Positions 30,611-39,209 of a stretch of DNA of 64,000 bases are shown here, piece after piece. This DNA comes from Bacillota bacterium (lineage in GTDB: Bacteria; Bacillota; Limnochordia; DTU087): contig JAAYQZ010000052.1 in NCBI GenBank assembly GCA_012519025.1, positions 341-64,340 of the forward strand, given 5' to 3'. A program made the position numbers and the translations under genes. The notes below the pieces were generated by a model. The model saw nothing but the letters and a program-made list of their open reading frames with translations. It did no database searches and was not told where the DNA came from. The first letter of the stretch is position 1. Every line of letters starts with the position of its first letter.

Positions 30611-30637
30611 GCAGGAGTTCCATGAACTAACCAGAAT
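30611..30637 (+). promoter_or_regulatory. sigmaH-type promoter for rimO-pgsA
   Basis: GCAGGAGTT-11nt-CCAGAAT. Confidence 0.5.
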
Positions 30638-30702
30638 TAACAAGAATGGCTTTACTGTCCGTGGTATTACAAGCGGTTTGATCTTGAAATGAGTGAGCAA
30701 AC

Positions 30703-32037
30703 ATGGAGCCTACCAAAGTAGGTATGGTGTCTTTAGGCTGTTCCAAGAATCTTGTAGACAGCGAGATTATGTTGGGGAGTCTTGAAGGTGCCGGGTATTT
30801 TATTACGGCTTCTCCGGAAGAGGCCGATGTAATCATCATAAACACTTGCGGCTTTATAGAGGACGCAAAAGAAGAATCCATCGACACTATCTTAGAAATG
30901 GCGGCATATAAGGAGACAGGTCGATGTCATACTTTACTTGTCACAGGCTGCCTCAGCCAGCGGTACAGCATGGAGCTGATGGAGGCGATTCCGGAAATTG
31001 ATGGTATGCTCGGTACTGGGGAGCTTGATCGGCTTCCGGAGCTTTTGCAGGATGCGGTCCAAAAGCTGCGCCCCATGTATGTGGATCTGCCCGGTTTTAT
31101 TTACGAAAAAGAGCTCCCCAGAGTCCTTACAACTGTGGGGCACAGCGCTTACCTGAAGATAGCCGAAGGATGCGACCACCGCTGTGCGTACTGTGTGATT
31201 CCGGCACTGCGTGGGCCTTTCAAAAGCCGAACACAGGCAAGCATTGTAAATGAAGCTAAAAAGCTCGCCGATCAAGGTGTTAAGGAACTGATTTTGGTTG
31301 CCCAAGACACAAGTGCCTATGGCAAAGATTTGCCAAAAGCCCCCCAACTTCCCCAACTGCTCTGGGAGCTTGGGAAAATACCCAATATCCATTGGCTGCG
31401 GGTGTTGTACACATATCCTACGACATTTTCACCGGAGCTCGTTCAAGCCTTTGCCGAAAATCCCAAAATCTGCCGTTATGTCGATTTGCCGCTTCAGCAT
31501 GCTGCAAACGATGTTTTAAAGCGCATGGGTAGAGGACCAGTGGAAATGGTGCAAAGACAGTTGATTGAGAATCTTAGGGACGCAATGCCGGACATTGCTC
31601 TGCGTAGCACGTTCATTGTAGGATATCCCGGAGAAACCCAAGCAGATTTTGAAAAACTTTTAGCCTTTCTAGCAGAAATACAGTTTGATCATGTCGGCAT
31701 TTTCCCCTACTCACAAGAAGAAGGAACTCCGGCTGCCGCTTTACCGGACCAAATCCCGGAAGACATTAAACTGAAACGATATGAACAGGCTATGGCACTT
31801 CAAAAAGAAATTTCCAGGAGTAAAAACAGCAGCCGTATAGGTGAAACTTATGAAGTTGTAATCGATGGGCCATCTGAGGAAACCGATTTGGTGCTGGTGG
31901 CTCGCTCCCAATACCAAGCACCGGATGTTGACGGTAATATCTATATTGGCAACCGGCATCTGCCAGCTGGTACGTTTGCCAAAGTTCGTATCAAAGAAGC
32001 TTATGATTATGATCTAGTAGGGGAAATCGTGGAATAG
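30703..32037 (+). CDS. rimO: Ribosomal protein S12 methylthiotransferase
   Basis: SLGCSKNLVDSE, NTCGFI, CDHRCAYC radical-SAM motif, C-terminal TRAM with APDVDG. Confidence 0.96.
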   Translation: MEPTKVGMVSLGCSKNLVDSEIMLGSLEGAGYFITASPEEADVIIINTCGFIEDAKEESIDTILEMAAYKETGRCHTLLVTGCLSQRYSMELMEAIPEIDGMLGTGELDRLPELLQDAVQKLRPMYVDLPGFIYEKELPRVLTTVGHSAYLKIAEGCDHRCAYCVIPALRGPFKSRTQASIVNEAKKLADQGVKELILVAQDTSAYGKDLPKAPQLPQLLWELGKIPNIHWLRVLYTYPTTFSPELVQAFAENPKICRYVDLPLQHAANDVLKRMGRGPVEMVQRQLIENLRDAMPDIALRSTFIVGYPGETQADFEKLLAFLAEIQFDHVGIFPYSQEEGTPAAALPDQIPEDIKLKRYEQAMALQKEISRSKNSSRIGETYEVVIDGPSEETDLVLVARSQYQAPDVDGNIYIGNRHLPAGTFAKVRIKEAYDYDLVGEIVE

Positions 32038-32048
32038 GGGATGTCACC

Positions 32049-32573
32049 ATGAAGCGGATAACTTTAGCCACCAGTATAACCTTTGTGAGAATACTTTTGA
32101 TTCCTGTTTTTATGTTGTTAATGGCGAGTTCTAATCCATACGGCCGTACACTAGCGGCGATTATTTTTGCTATTGCCGCTTTAACCGATACTCTTGATGG
32201 GTATGCGGCCCGTGTTCGCCAAGAAGTTACCCGTTTTGGCCAATTAGTTGATCCTTTAGCTGACAAACTCTTAATCACAGCTGCTTTATTTACTTTAGTT
32301 GAACTTGGCCAGGTATCGTCTTGGGTTGCTATTATCATAGTGGGTAGAGAATTTGCGGTGTCGGGATTGAGAATCATAGCTGCCATAGATGGAATTATGA
32401 TTGCTGCCAGCAACTTCGGTAAAGTCAAAACCGCACTGCAGATGGTGGCTATTGTGGCACTGATTTTAAATTGGCCTGTAGGTGATTTTCTTATAGGTTT
32501 AGCAACAACAGTAACCATTATTTCTGGCCTTGATTATTTCCACAAAGCTAGAAAACTTTTCCACGAGGCCTGA
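32049..32573 (+). CDS. pgsA: CDP-DAG:glycerol-3-phosphate phosphatidyltransferase
   Basis: TD.LDGY.AR....T.FG...DPLADK, GREF and GKVKT motifs. Confidence 0.95.
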   Translation: MKRITLATSITFVRILLIPVFMLLMASSNPYGRTLAAIIFAIAALTDTLDGYAARVRQEVTRFGQLVDPLADKLLITAALFTLVELGQVSSWVAIIIVGREFAVSGLRIIAAIDGIMIAASNFGKVKTALQMVAIVALILNWPVGDFLIGLATTVTIISGLDYFHKARKLFHEA

Positions 32574-32663
32574 GATTGGGTTTTCCGAGTTGCACCCTTC
32601 TTGGTAGGTATTACATTTCGATAGCAGTCTCTCCCATGCTATAATGGCGTGGGAGGGGCTCTA

Positions 32664-33221
32664 ATGGGGAAACTAAAACTGCATGTAATATTAATTGTAT
32701 TTCTTCTGACCCTGGCCCTGCTGCTGCTCGGCCAGCATTTTATTTTACGGCCCAAATCATTAAACAATATTGAGGCACAGTTTGTCGACTTACCCGGAGT
32801 AAAAGATGTCAAAGTTGAGGCAAAGTCCGAAGGTTTAAGCTTAATGATCCATTTTGGTCCAAAGGGTGGGCTTAAATCGACTTATGACAAGATCCTTGTA
32901 TTGGCTAAGACGTTTGGGATTCCACATCACCGCATCGAATTAAAAGATGAGCGGGGACCTGTTTTATCGGCTGCCTTGTATGACATTCACTACTATATTG
33001 CTTGGGGGATGGCAGTCGGTGATTTTCCCGCTATGGTTGCCGCAGTCAATACGGTTTTGGATGCTGAAGATATAACACAGCACGAAATCTGGGTGGACAA
33101 AGAATTCATCTTCCTTGAGATGCATTGGGAACAGGAGCATCTTTACCAAGTGTTTTCCCGGGACAGCACTTTAACAGATCTACCTGAATTGTTCCGAGGA
33201 AGTTTAGAACAGGAGGGCTAG
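32664..33221 (+). CDS. Hypothetical membrane-anchored protein
   Basis: GGGAGG RBS, single N-terminal TM, TGCTATAAT extended -10 upstream; 3 nt from the next gene. Confidence 0.75.
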   Translation: MGKLKLHVILIVFLLTLALLLLGQHFILRPKSLNNIEAQFVDLPGVKDVKVEAKSEGLSLMIHFGPKGGLKSTYDKILVLAKTFGIPHHRIELKDERGPVLSAALYDIHYYIAWGMAVGDFPAMVAAVNTVLDAEDITQHEIWVDKEFIFLEMHWEQEHLYQVFSRDSTLTDLPELFRGSLEQEG

Positions 33222-33224
33222 GCC

Positions 33225-34715
33225 GTGGGAATCTTTTGGAAAGAAATCGCTATAGGTACTGGCTTAGCCTTGACTATTGCTTTAGGGTTGTGGGGAATAA
33301 ATATCACCCCTGTAGCTATTTTGGCAAGCTTGGCGATTTTGTTGTACCTGATTGTGGATGGACGTCTTGCAAAAGATGGCAAACTTGAGACAGTAGCATT
33401 GGATGGGGCAAATTCCGGTGAGATGAAAGTCGGTTTTGATGATATCGGTGGGCAAGAGTCCGCTAAACGTGAACTGTTGGAGGCTTTGGAGTTTGTAAAC
33501 AATCGGGAAAATTGCCGAAAACTCGGTATAAGACCTTTAAGGGGCATTTTGATGGTTGGCCCTCCAGGAACAGGTAAGACACTTTTAGCTAAAGCCGCTG
33601 CCAGTTTTACCGATGCGGTTTTCATAGCTACCAGCGGTTCATCATTTATAGAGATGTATGCCGGTGTTGGAGCCCAGCGCGTGCGCAGGTTGTTCAATAA
33701 AGCCCGACAAGCGGCAATTCAACAAGGAAAAAAGAGCGCACTTATTTTCATCGATGAAATTGAGGTGATGGGCGGCAAAAGGGGCCGCCACAGCAGCCAC
33801 CTTGAATATGATCAAACATTGAATCAACTGTTGGTGGAGATGGACGGGATCAACGGGGATGTTGAGCCCAGTATATTGGTTGTTGGCGCCACAAACCGGC
33901 CTGATCTGCTGGATCAAGCCTTAATTCGCCCCGGGCGTTTTGATCGGATAGTGCGGGTGGATTTACCGGATAAGGCCGGCAGGCTGCATATTCTTAATAT
34001 CCACGCCCGCAACAAGCCTCTCGCGTCTGACGTTGATCTTAGAAAGATTGCACAAGAGTCGTTTGGCTTTTCCGGAGCCCATTTGGAAAGCCTGCTTAAC
34101 GAGGCCGCTATCCACGCGCTGAGGCGCAAGAGCAGGAAAATTGAAAACGAAGATATGCGGGAGGCGATGGAAAAGATCATGCTTGGTGAGCGTCAAGATC
34201 GCAAGCCTTCCACAGAAGAGCGCCGACGTGTTGCTTATCATGAAACCGGTCACGCATTGGTAAGTGAGAGTCTGCGGACAGGTTCGGTTTCTTCGATAAC
34301 AGTCACCCCCCGGGGGCAAGCCTTAGGGTACATGCGCCAGGCCCCTGATGGCGATCACTACATTTACACTAAAGAACAGCTGCTTGATCAGATTGCCATC
34401 GCTTTAGGCGGTGCCGTCATGGAAGAAATGATCTTCGGCAGCCGCAGCACCGGGTCGCAAGATGACTTCCAAAAGGCTTGTGAGCTGGCAGAAAGACTCA
34501 TATACAGCGGTATATCATCATTGGGAATTGTCAGCAAAGAGCATGTAGGGGCAAGTGAGGTTGATCAGGAAGTACGCTCAATAATCAAACAGCAGGAAGA
34601 ACGGGTACTGCAGCTTTTACAAAATGCTGAAAAGGTTATCGACTCTTTAGTTAAAGAACTGCTTTACCACGAAAAACTTGATGGAAATCGATTTAGAGAG
34701 TTAATGGCCGGTTAA
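33225..34715 (+). CDS. FtsH-like AAA+ zinc metalloprotease paralogue lacking the extracytoplasmic domain
   Basis: GPPGTGKT, FIDE, TLNQLLVEMDG, RPGRFDR and HETGH motifs; short N-terminal TM hairpin. Confidence 0.9.
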   Translation: MGIFWKEIAIGTGLALTIALGLWGINITPVAILASLAILLYLIVDGRLAKDGKLETVALDGANSGEMKVGFDDIGGQESAKRELLEALEFVNNRENCRKLGIRPLRGILMVGPPGTGKTLLAKAAASFTDAVFIATSGSSFIEMYAGVGAQRVRRLFNKARQAAIQQGKKSALIFIDEIEVMGGKRGRHSSHLEYDQTLNQLLVEMDGINGDVEPSILVVGATNRPDLLDQALIRPGRFDRIVRVDLPDKAGRLHILNIHARNKPLASDVDLRKIAQESFGFSGAHLESLLNEAAIHALRRKSRKIENEDMREAMEKIMLGERQDRKPSTEERRRVAYHETGHALVSESLRTGSVSSITVTPRGQALGYMRQAPDGDHYIYTKEQLLDQIAIALGGAVMEEMIFGSRSTGSQDDFQKACELAERLIYSGISSLGIVSKEHVGASEVDQEVRSIIKQQEERVLQLLQNAEKVIDSLVKELLYHEKLDGNRFRELMAG

Positions 34716-34755
34716 GTCGCAATTTTACCCCCAATCATTTGTATTTCTTCCATGG

Positions 34756-34784
34756 TTGACTGTTCGTCTTGAGAATGTGATAAT
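34756..34784 (+). promoter_or_regulatory. sigmaA promoter of rrf2, overlapped by an inverted repeat
   Basis: TTGACT-17nt-GATAAT with TG extension. Confidence 0.65.
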
Positions 34785-34864
34785 AGTAACAAACGTAGTG
34801 TGTTACTTATCACAATCATGTTGCGTCAATTAATATGACGTTGATATAAACGGGAAGGGGGTGA

Positions 34865-34910
34865 AGCGGCTTAGCTGTGCGTTGTTAAGTGTGCGCGGCT
34901 TAAAGTCGCT
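34865..34910 (+). promoter_or_regulatory. Stem-loop between the SD and ATG of rrf2
   Basis: AGCGGCTT/AAGTCGCT outer stem and AGCTGTGCG/TGCGCGGCT inner stem. Confidence 0.7.
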
Positions 34911-34916
34911 AATCTC

Positions 34917-35357
34917 ATGGAAATAACTAAAAAGGCTGAGTATGCTGTAACTATTTTGATCGATCTGGCCACTCAACCGGAAGATTGTTATGTTACAGCA
35001 CGGGAAATTGCAGATAGACAGGGTATACCAAGAACATTCGTGCCACAGATCATTTCAATTTTAAGTAAAGCAGGTTGGGTAGAGGGGATGCGGGGTCCCG
35101 GTGGTGGTGTCCGCGCTATCACAGATCTCCATGAACTCTCAGTACTGGACATTATCGAGACCGTAGAGGGCCCCATTGCTATTACCCGATGTTTAATGGA
35201 TGATACTCCGCCATGCGAGAATCGTCCTCACTGTCCGTTAAGAGGAGTATGGATCAGGGCCCAAGATGCTATGCTTGAGGTTTTGAAAGGAACTACAGTT
35301 GTTGAATTGGTGGAAATTAAGCAGCAGCTTGTCAGCCAAACTAAGATTACAGCCTAG
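34917..35357 (+). CDS. Rrf2 family regulator with three Fe-S-type cysteines
   Basis: MEITKKAEYA, RGPGGG, IIETVEG and C-x7-C-x5-C. Confidence 0.93.
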   Translation: MEITKKAEYAVTILIDLATQPEDCYVTAREIADRQGIPRTFVPQIISILSKAGWVEGMRGPGGGVRAITDLHELSVLDIIETVEGPIAITRCLMDDTPPCENRPHCPLRGVWIRAQDAMLEVLKGTTVVELVEIKQQLVSQTKITA

Positions 35358-35548
35358 TGAAACTTTGTGCGACTCTTGTAGATGGAGCATTTGCCCTCCC
35401 GCCAATATATGCATAAGTCACAGCGGCTATCGTCATCGTCTACACTACTATTGAGCCAAGATATGCCGTATCCTTGAGCATCTGAGACAGGTGTATACTC
35501 AGAGCAGTGGGATGCGATGCGGTACAGCTTAACTGCTTCATTGCTCAT
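35354..35548 (-). CDS. Small 4-Cys hypothetical protein, 64 aa
   Basis: Strong GGAGGTG RBS; IASHCSEY...CDLC..W...KC. Confidence 0.75.
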   Translation of the reverse strand: MSNEAVKLYRIASHCSEYTPVSDAQGYGISWLNSSVDDDDSRCDLCIYWREGKCSIYKSRTKFH

Positions 35549-35647
35549 CTGGGCTCACCTCCAAACCTAATAATATTTTACCCAAAGACGATAAAAATAC
35601 CCTTTCATCGAAACTCGATGTAAGGGTATTCCGCAAAAGTATGTTCT

Positions 35648-35821
35648 TCAGTCTTCCTGCCATAGGGAAGCAAATTTAGGCAGCGGCTTCTTCCTAAAGT
35701 CAAAGGCAAGCCTGCGTTTGGCTTTGTAACATAATACTCCTTGGTTGTGGTAGCCGCCAAAAAATTCACAAGTCAGACAGCGACTTGGGCTGATTTGTAT
35801 ACCCCGCTTAGGACAGGTCAT
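35648..35821 (-). CDS. Small 4-Cys basic hypothetical protein, 57 aa
   Basis: GGGGGTG RBS before ATG 35821; MTCPKR...CLTC...LC. Confidence 0.65.
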   Translation of the reverse strand: MTCPKRGIQISPSRCLTCEFFGGYHNQGVLCYKAKRRLAFDFRKKPLPKFASLWQED

Positions 35822-35935
35822 ATTGAACACCCCCCAGACGGTTGCAGCAATTTTGTGTAAAGATATTGCATGATTACAAAGTATAGGGACATCTATCACC
35901 CACCTATGTGTTGATTTGTCCCGTGAACCTTCTGT

Positions 35936-35963
35936 ATTATATCACTGCCTTTTACAGAGTCAA
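35936..35963 (-). promoter_or_regulatory. sigmaA promoter for the small Cys-protein genes
   Basis: Minus strand TTGACT-16nt-TATAAT with TG extension. Confidence 0.65.
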
Positions 35964-36072
35964 GCTCAAAGGGATTTCCAATGGTTCCGGAATCATAGAG
36001 GACATATAAAATGTGTAAAGAATTAAGCGATACAGAGCGTTTTATTGATTAATTTCTCTGTTTTGGAGGTGA

Positions 36073-36104
36073 AAGGTCGTATAACATCGAAATGGTGCGA
36101 CCTT
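36073..36104 (+). promoter_or_regulatory. Stem-loop between the SD and ATG of cinA
   Basis: AAGGTCGTAT/GTGCGACCTT stem plus CAT/ATG closing a CGAA loop. Confidence 0.75.
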
Positions 36105-36107
36105 AAA

Positions 36108-37361
36108 ATGATTGCAGAACTGATTATGGTGGGCACAGAACTGCTTTTGGGGGAAATTGTCGACACAAATTCCAACTACCTCGCTGAAGAGCTGGCGGCC
36201 ATTGGAGTTGATCTTTTTTATGTGACTAAAGTTGGGGATAACCAACAGCGAATTGCAAGGCTCATCCAAAACGCTTTTACAAGAGCTGACATAGTCATCA
36301 CTTCAGGAGGTCTTGGCCCTACCTCAGATGATTTGACCAAAGAGGCTGCCGCAGAAGCCCTTGGCCGGGATTTGGTGCTTTGCCCCAAGGCTTTAAAATC
36401 AATCGAAGCCCGCTTTCAACGCATGCATGCGGCAATGTCACAAAATAATAAACGCCAGGCCTATCTGCCTGAAGGTTCCCAAGCGCTGCACAACCCCAAG
36501 GGAACTGCCCCCGGTGTGCTTGTGGAGACGCAAGATGGGAAAGCACTGATTATGCTCCCTGGCGTACCGGTTGAGCTTAAGGCAATTATGCGAGATTCGG
36601 TAATACCATACATCGCAAACAAGGCTGCAGGAGCCAATGGGATCATTTTTTCGCAAATCCTCAGATTCTATGGTCTTGGTGAATCTAGGCTGGAGGAGCT
36701 TATCAAAGATTTGTTGGTGACACAAAGCAACCCCACTATCGCGCCTTATGCCGGCAGTGGTGAGGTGAGAGTGCGGATCACGGCTAAAGCCGATACTCAA
36801 GAAACAGCTGAAAGTCTTATTGCCCCTGTAGAAAAGGAATTGCTGGGGCGGATCGGCGAGTATTTCTATGGTTATGGAGAGGCAGGAATGGAAACAGTGG
36901 TGGGCAACCTGCTGATCAACAAAGGACAGACAATCGCAGTAGCGGAATCTTGTACCGGTGGATTGATTTCAAATTTGTTGACTAATGTACCGGGCAGTTC
37001 AGATTATTACATGCAGGGAGCCGTTACCTACAGCAACTTGGCTAAAGAAACGGTTTTGGGGGTGGATCCCCGTCTGATCGAAGACTATGGGGCGGTCAGT
37101 GAACAAACTGCCAAAGCTATGGCTTTAGGGGTAAGACAGTGGGCCGGCACTGATATAGGGCTTGGTATTACAGGGATAGCAGGACCCGGAGGCGGAACAT
37201 CCGCAAAGCCTGTGGGGTTAGTATATTTCAGTTTAAGTTCATCGGAAAAAGAAATTGTAGACAAACGGGTGTTCAGCGGCGATCGTCTGCAAATAAAGGA
37301 GCGAGCCGCTTTGGCAGCATTGGATCTGGTGCGGCGGCATCTGCTTTCACTGGGCAATTAG
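36108..37361 (+). CDS. cinA: Competence/damage-inducible protein CinA (MoCF domain + PncC)
   Basis: AELIMVGTELLLG, GGLGPT.DDLT, LPGVP.E, AESCTGG and TGIAGP motifs. Confidence 0.96.
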   Translation: MIAELIMVGTELLLGEIVDTNSNYLAEELAAIGVDLFYVTKVGDNQQRIARLIQNAFTRADIVITSGGLGPTSDDLTKEAAAEALGRDLVLCPKALKSIEARFQRMHAAMSQNNKRQAYLPEGSQALHNPKGTAPGVLVETQDGKALIMLPGVPVELKAIMRDSVIPYIANKAAGANGIIFSQILRFYGLGESRLEELIKDLLVTQSNPTIAPYAGSGEVRVRITAKADTQETAESLIAPVEKELLGRIGEYFYGYGEAGMETVVGNLLINKGQTIAVAESCTGGLISNLLTNVPGSSDYYMQGAVTYSNLAKETVLGVDPRLIEDYGAVSEQTAKAMALGVRQWAGTDIGLGITGIAGPGGGTSAKPVGLVYFSLSSSEKEIVDKRVFSGDRLQIKERAALAALDLVRRHLLSLGN

Positions 37362-37538
37362 GATCTTGACTGACTTACCTTTGCGGCTGTGCTGTGAAGC
37401 CAAAAAAGGATTGACATAATCCGTGGAGAATTGTAGCAGCAGTGCCTAACCCAAGTTGTGACCAGACCAGGATATAGCTGGATCAATGTCTTGATCACCG
37501 GTTGTCCTTTATAGGCAAATATGATATACTCACAAGTG

Positions 37539-37552
37539 CGAACAACTGTTTG
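37539..37552. promoter_or_regulatory. LexA (SOS/Cheo) box of recA
   Basis: CGAAC-AACT-GTTTG just downstream of a TGATATACT extended -10. Confidence 0.8.
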
Positions 37553-37587
37553 GCACAACCGCAAGGTCGATTGAAAGGAGTGGGCGC

Positions 37588-38616
37588 ATGTCAGAAAAGC
37601 TTAAGGCTTTGGACATGGCTTTAAATCAAATAGAAAAGCAGTTTGGCAAAGGTTCAGTTATGCGGCTTGGGGAAGTCAATGCCTCAGATATACAAGCTAT
37701 TCCCACAGGCTCTCTTGCTTTGGATTTGGCTTTGGGAGTAGGCGGAGTACCCAGGGGGCGTGTAATTGAAATATTTGGGCCGGAATCTTCCGGTAAAACC
37801 ACTTTAGCTTTGCATATTATGGCCGAGGCTCAAAGAGCCGGTGGCATTGCCGCCTTTATTGATGTAGAGCATGCTCAAGATCCGGTATATGCGAAACGTC
37901 TCGGTGTGGATGTTGAGAATTTGTTGATCTCTCAGCCTGATAATGCAGAACAAGCGCTGGAAATTGCAGAAGCCTTGGTTAGAAGTGGTGCCGTAGATGT
38001 GGTGGTTATAGACTCGGTAGCCGCGTTGGTGCCCAGAGCAGAGTTGGAAGGTGAGATGGGTGATTCCCACGTTGGCCTGCAGGCAAGACTAATGTCACAA
38101 GCCCTTAGAAAATTGACGGGGGCCATCAGCAAGTCCAGGACCACGGTGGTATTTACCAACCAAATTCGAGAAAAAGTCGGCGTTATGTTTGGCAACCCCG
38201 AAGTTACCCCGGGGGGCCGGGCACTGAAATTCTATTCTTCGGTAAGGCTTGATATAAGACGCATTGAAACTTTAAAACAAGGCAGCGATATGATTGGCAG
38301 TCGAACGAGGGTGCGAGTAGTTAAAAACAAAGTGGCCCCTCCTTTTAAAGACGCTGAGTTTGACATAATGTACGGTGAGGGCATTTCCAGGGAAGGTAAT
38401 ATCCTCGATGTTGCGACAAGTATGGAGATAGTCAATAGAAGCGGGGCGTGGTATTCTTATGGCGATGTTCGTCTGGGCCAGGGGCGGGAGAATGCCAAGG
38501 AGTTTTTAAGACAAAACCCCGATTTAGCAGACGAAATTGAAACACGGGTTAAAGCCGAAGCAGGGCTCGGCCCAAAACTGCCTGAAACCGATGAGGAAGA
38601 CAATGGAGAAAGCTGA
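37588..38616 (+). CDS. recA: Recombinase A
   Basis: [23 protein letters not shown] and KNKVAPPF motifs. Confidence 0.99.
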   Translation: MSEKLKALDMALNQIEKQFGKGSVMRLGEVNASDIQAIPTGSLALDLALGVGGVPRGRVIEIFGPESSGKTTLALHIMAEAQRAGGIAAFIDVEHAQDPVYAKRLGVDVENLLISQPDNAEQALEIAEALVRSGAVDVVVIDSVAALVPRAELEGEMGDSHVGLQARLMSQALRKLTGAISKSRTTVVFTNQIREKVGVMFGNPEVTPGGRALKFYSSVRLDIRRIETLKQGSDMIGSRTRVRVVKNKVAPPFKDAEFDIMYGEGISREGNILDVATSMEIVNRSGAWYSYGDVRLGQGRENAKEFLRQNPDLADEIETRVKAEAGLGPKLPETDEEDNGES

Positions 38617-39079
38617 TAAAGCAAAAAACCAAGCAGTACATTTCCTCACATTTCGCCCTCGTTCCTGCTGGGAAATTCGTCAATATTTGAAACGCAAAGG
38701 GCATCCGCCCGCAGTACGGGATGAAGTGGTTGAATGGCTGAAACGGCTCGGCTATGTGGATGATCTGCGTTTTGCTAAGCAGTGGATAGAAAGCCGCACT
38801 CGTACCAACCCCATGGGAACCCGGCGTTTGGCACAAGAACTGTGGCAAAAGGGAATTCCCAGGTTCTTAATTGATGAGGCTCTAGCGGACTTTGAAAAAT
38901 CCACTGATGAAGGGGCCCTTGCCGCTGAATTGGCAAAACAGCGAATTAGGCGCTACCCTCATGAGTCCTCAGAGGTCATAACCCGGCGTCTAGCTGGGTT
39001 TTTGGGACGTCGAGGCTTCAAGTCTGAAGACATTCACAGCGCCATCAAGACGGCGCTTGAGGCTTTTCGGCTTCCTTGA
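38603..39079 (+). CDS. recX: Regulatory protein RecX
   Basis: RPRS..E....L..KG, GYVDD.RFA, EL..KGI and L.RRGF motifs; overlaps recA end. Confidence 0.92.
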   Translation: MEKADKAKNQAVHFLTFRPRSCWEIRQYLKRKGHPPAVRDEVVEWLKRLGYVDDLRFAKQWIESRTRTNPMGTRRLAQELWQKGIPRFLIDEALADFEKSTDEGALAAELAKQRIRRYPHESSEVITRRLAGFLGRRGFKSEDIHSAIKTALEAFRLP

Positions 39080-39104
39080 CACAGATATTAAAACAAGCTA
39101 AAAT
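39076..39104 (+). promoter_or_regulatory. sigmaA promoter of rny
   Basis: TTGACA-17nt-TAAAAT. Confidence 0.8.
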
Positions 39105-39151
39105 TACACTGTGAAGATAAGTTTGAGGGTGTTGCCCAATAACTATTCGAT

Positions 39152-39173
39152 TAGCCGAGTCTTTACTCGGCTA
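39152..39173 (+). promoter_or_regulatory. Perfect hairpin in the rny leader (terminator or regulatory element)
   Basis: TAGCCGAGT-CTTT-ACTCGGCTA followed by TATTTT. Confidence 0.6.
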
Positions 39174-39209
39174 TATTTTAAAATCCATACTTTTTAGCCT
39201 ATACGGGAG

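Noticed and set aside
37362-37500. Several short hairpins between cinA and recA as an ncRNA
   Set aside because: No recognisable family, promoter-terminator pair or convincing long stem.
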